Shown in pieces: positions 63,958 to 64,000 of a stretch of 64,000 bases of DNA (positions within the stretch are counted from its first letter, which is position 1; every line of letters begins with the position of its first letter). The stretch comes from Hydrolagus colliei (lineage: Eukaryota): the NCBI GenBank assembly GCA_035084275.1, contig CM068751.1, positions 2,232,001 through 2,296,000 on the forward strand, read 5' to 3'. Position numbers and translations under genes: made by a program. The notes under the pieces are model-generated. The model saw nothing but the letters and a program-made list of their open reading frames with translations, was not told the DNA's origin and did no database searches.

Positions 63958-64000
63958 CAAACAACATCGTATAATTCAACAGACCTTGACACCAACATTA

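Noticed and set aside
63132-63998. 273-aa and overlapping ORFs
   Set aside because: They run through a polypurine low-complexity tract and have no coding signature.

Overview
Eukaryotic vertebrate DNA, most likely a cartilaginous fish, judging by the CR1/L2 LINEs, tRNA-derived and Deu-domain SINEs and shark-type Penelope terminal repeats. The window covers the 5' half of a minus-strand ARHGEF4 (Asef1, Rho-GEF) gene, identified from recalled ARHGEF4/SPATA13 motifs rather than a database search. It has first coding exon 50915-50877 (MLSIIYFIRTFFK), a ~29 kb intron, a 4,899-bp giant exon (21715-16817) and exons 14372-14046 and 12917-12782, all with canonical GT-AG junctions and matching phases. 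An internal alternative first exon lies at 7293-7128. Further phase-0 candidate first exons lie at 59367-59317 (with RFX X-boxes upstream), 27517-27428 and 25790-25767. I found no SH3/DH/PH exons; they presumably lie beyond position 1. The introns hold L2 and CR1 LINEs, SINEs, an internally deleted Tigger element, two fold-back Tigger-derived MITEs, hAT-like elements (one with a BED-finger remnant and a 27-bp perfect hairpin), Penelope repeats with a hammerhead-like core and a G-rich minisatellite. There is no clear evidence of a wholly new system; the best leads are the multi-promoter architecture and the 40-aa repeat array inside the giant exon.
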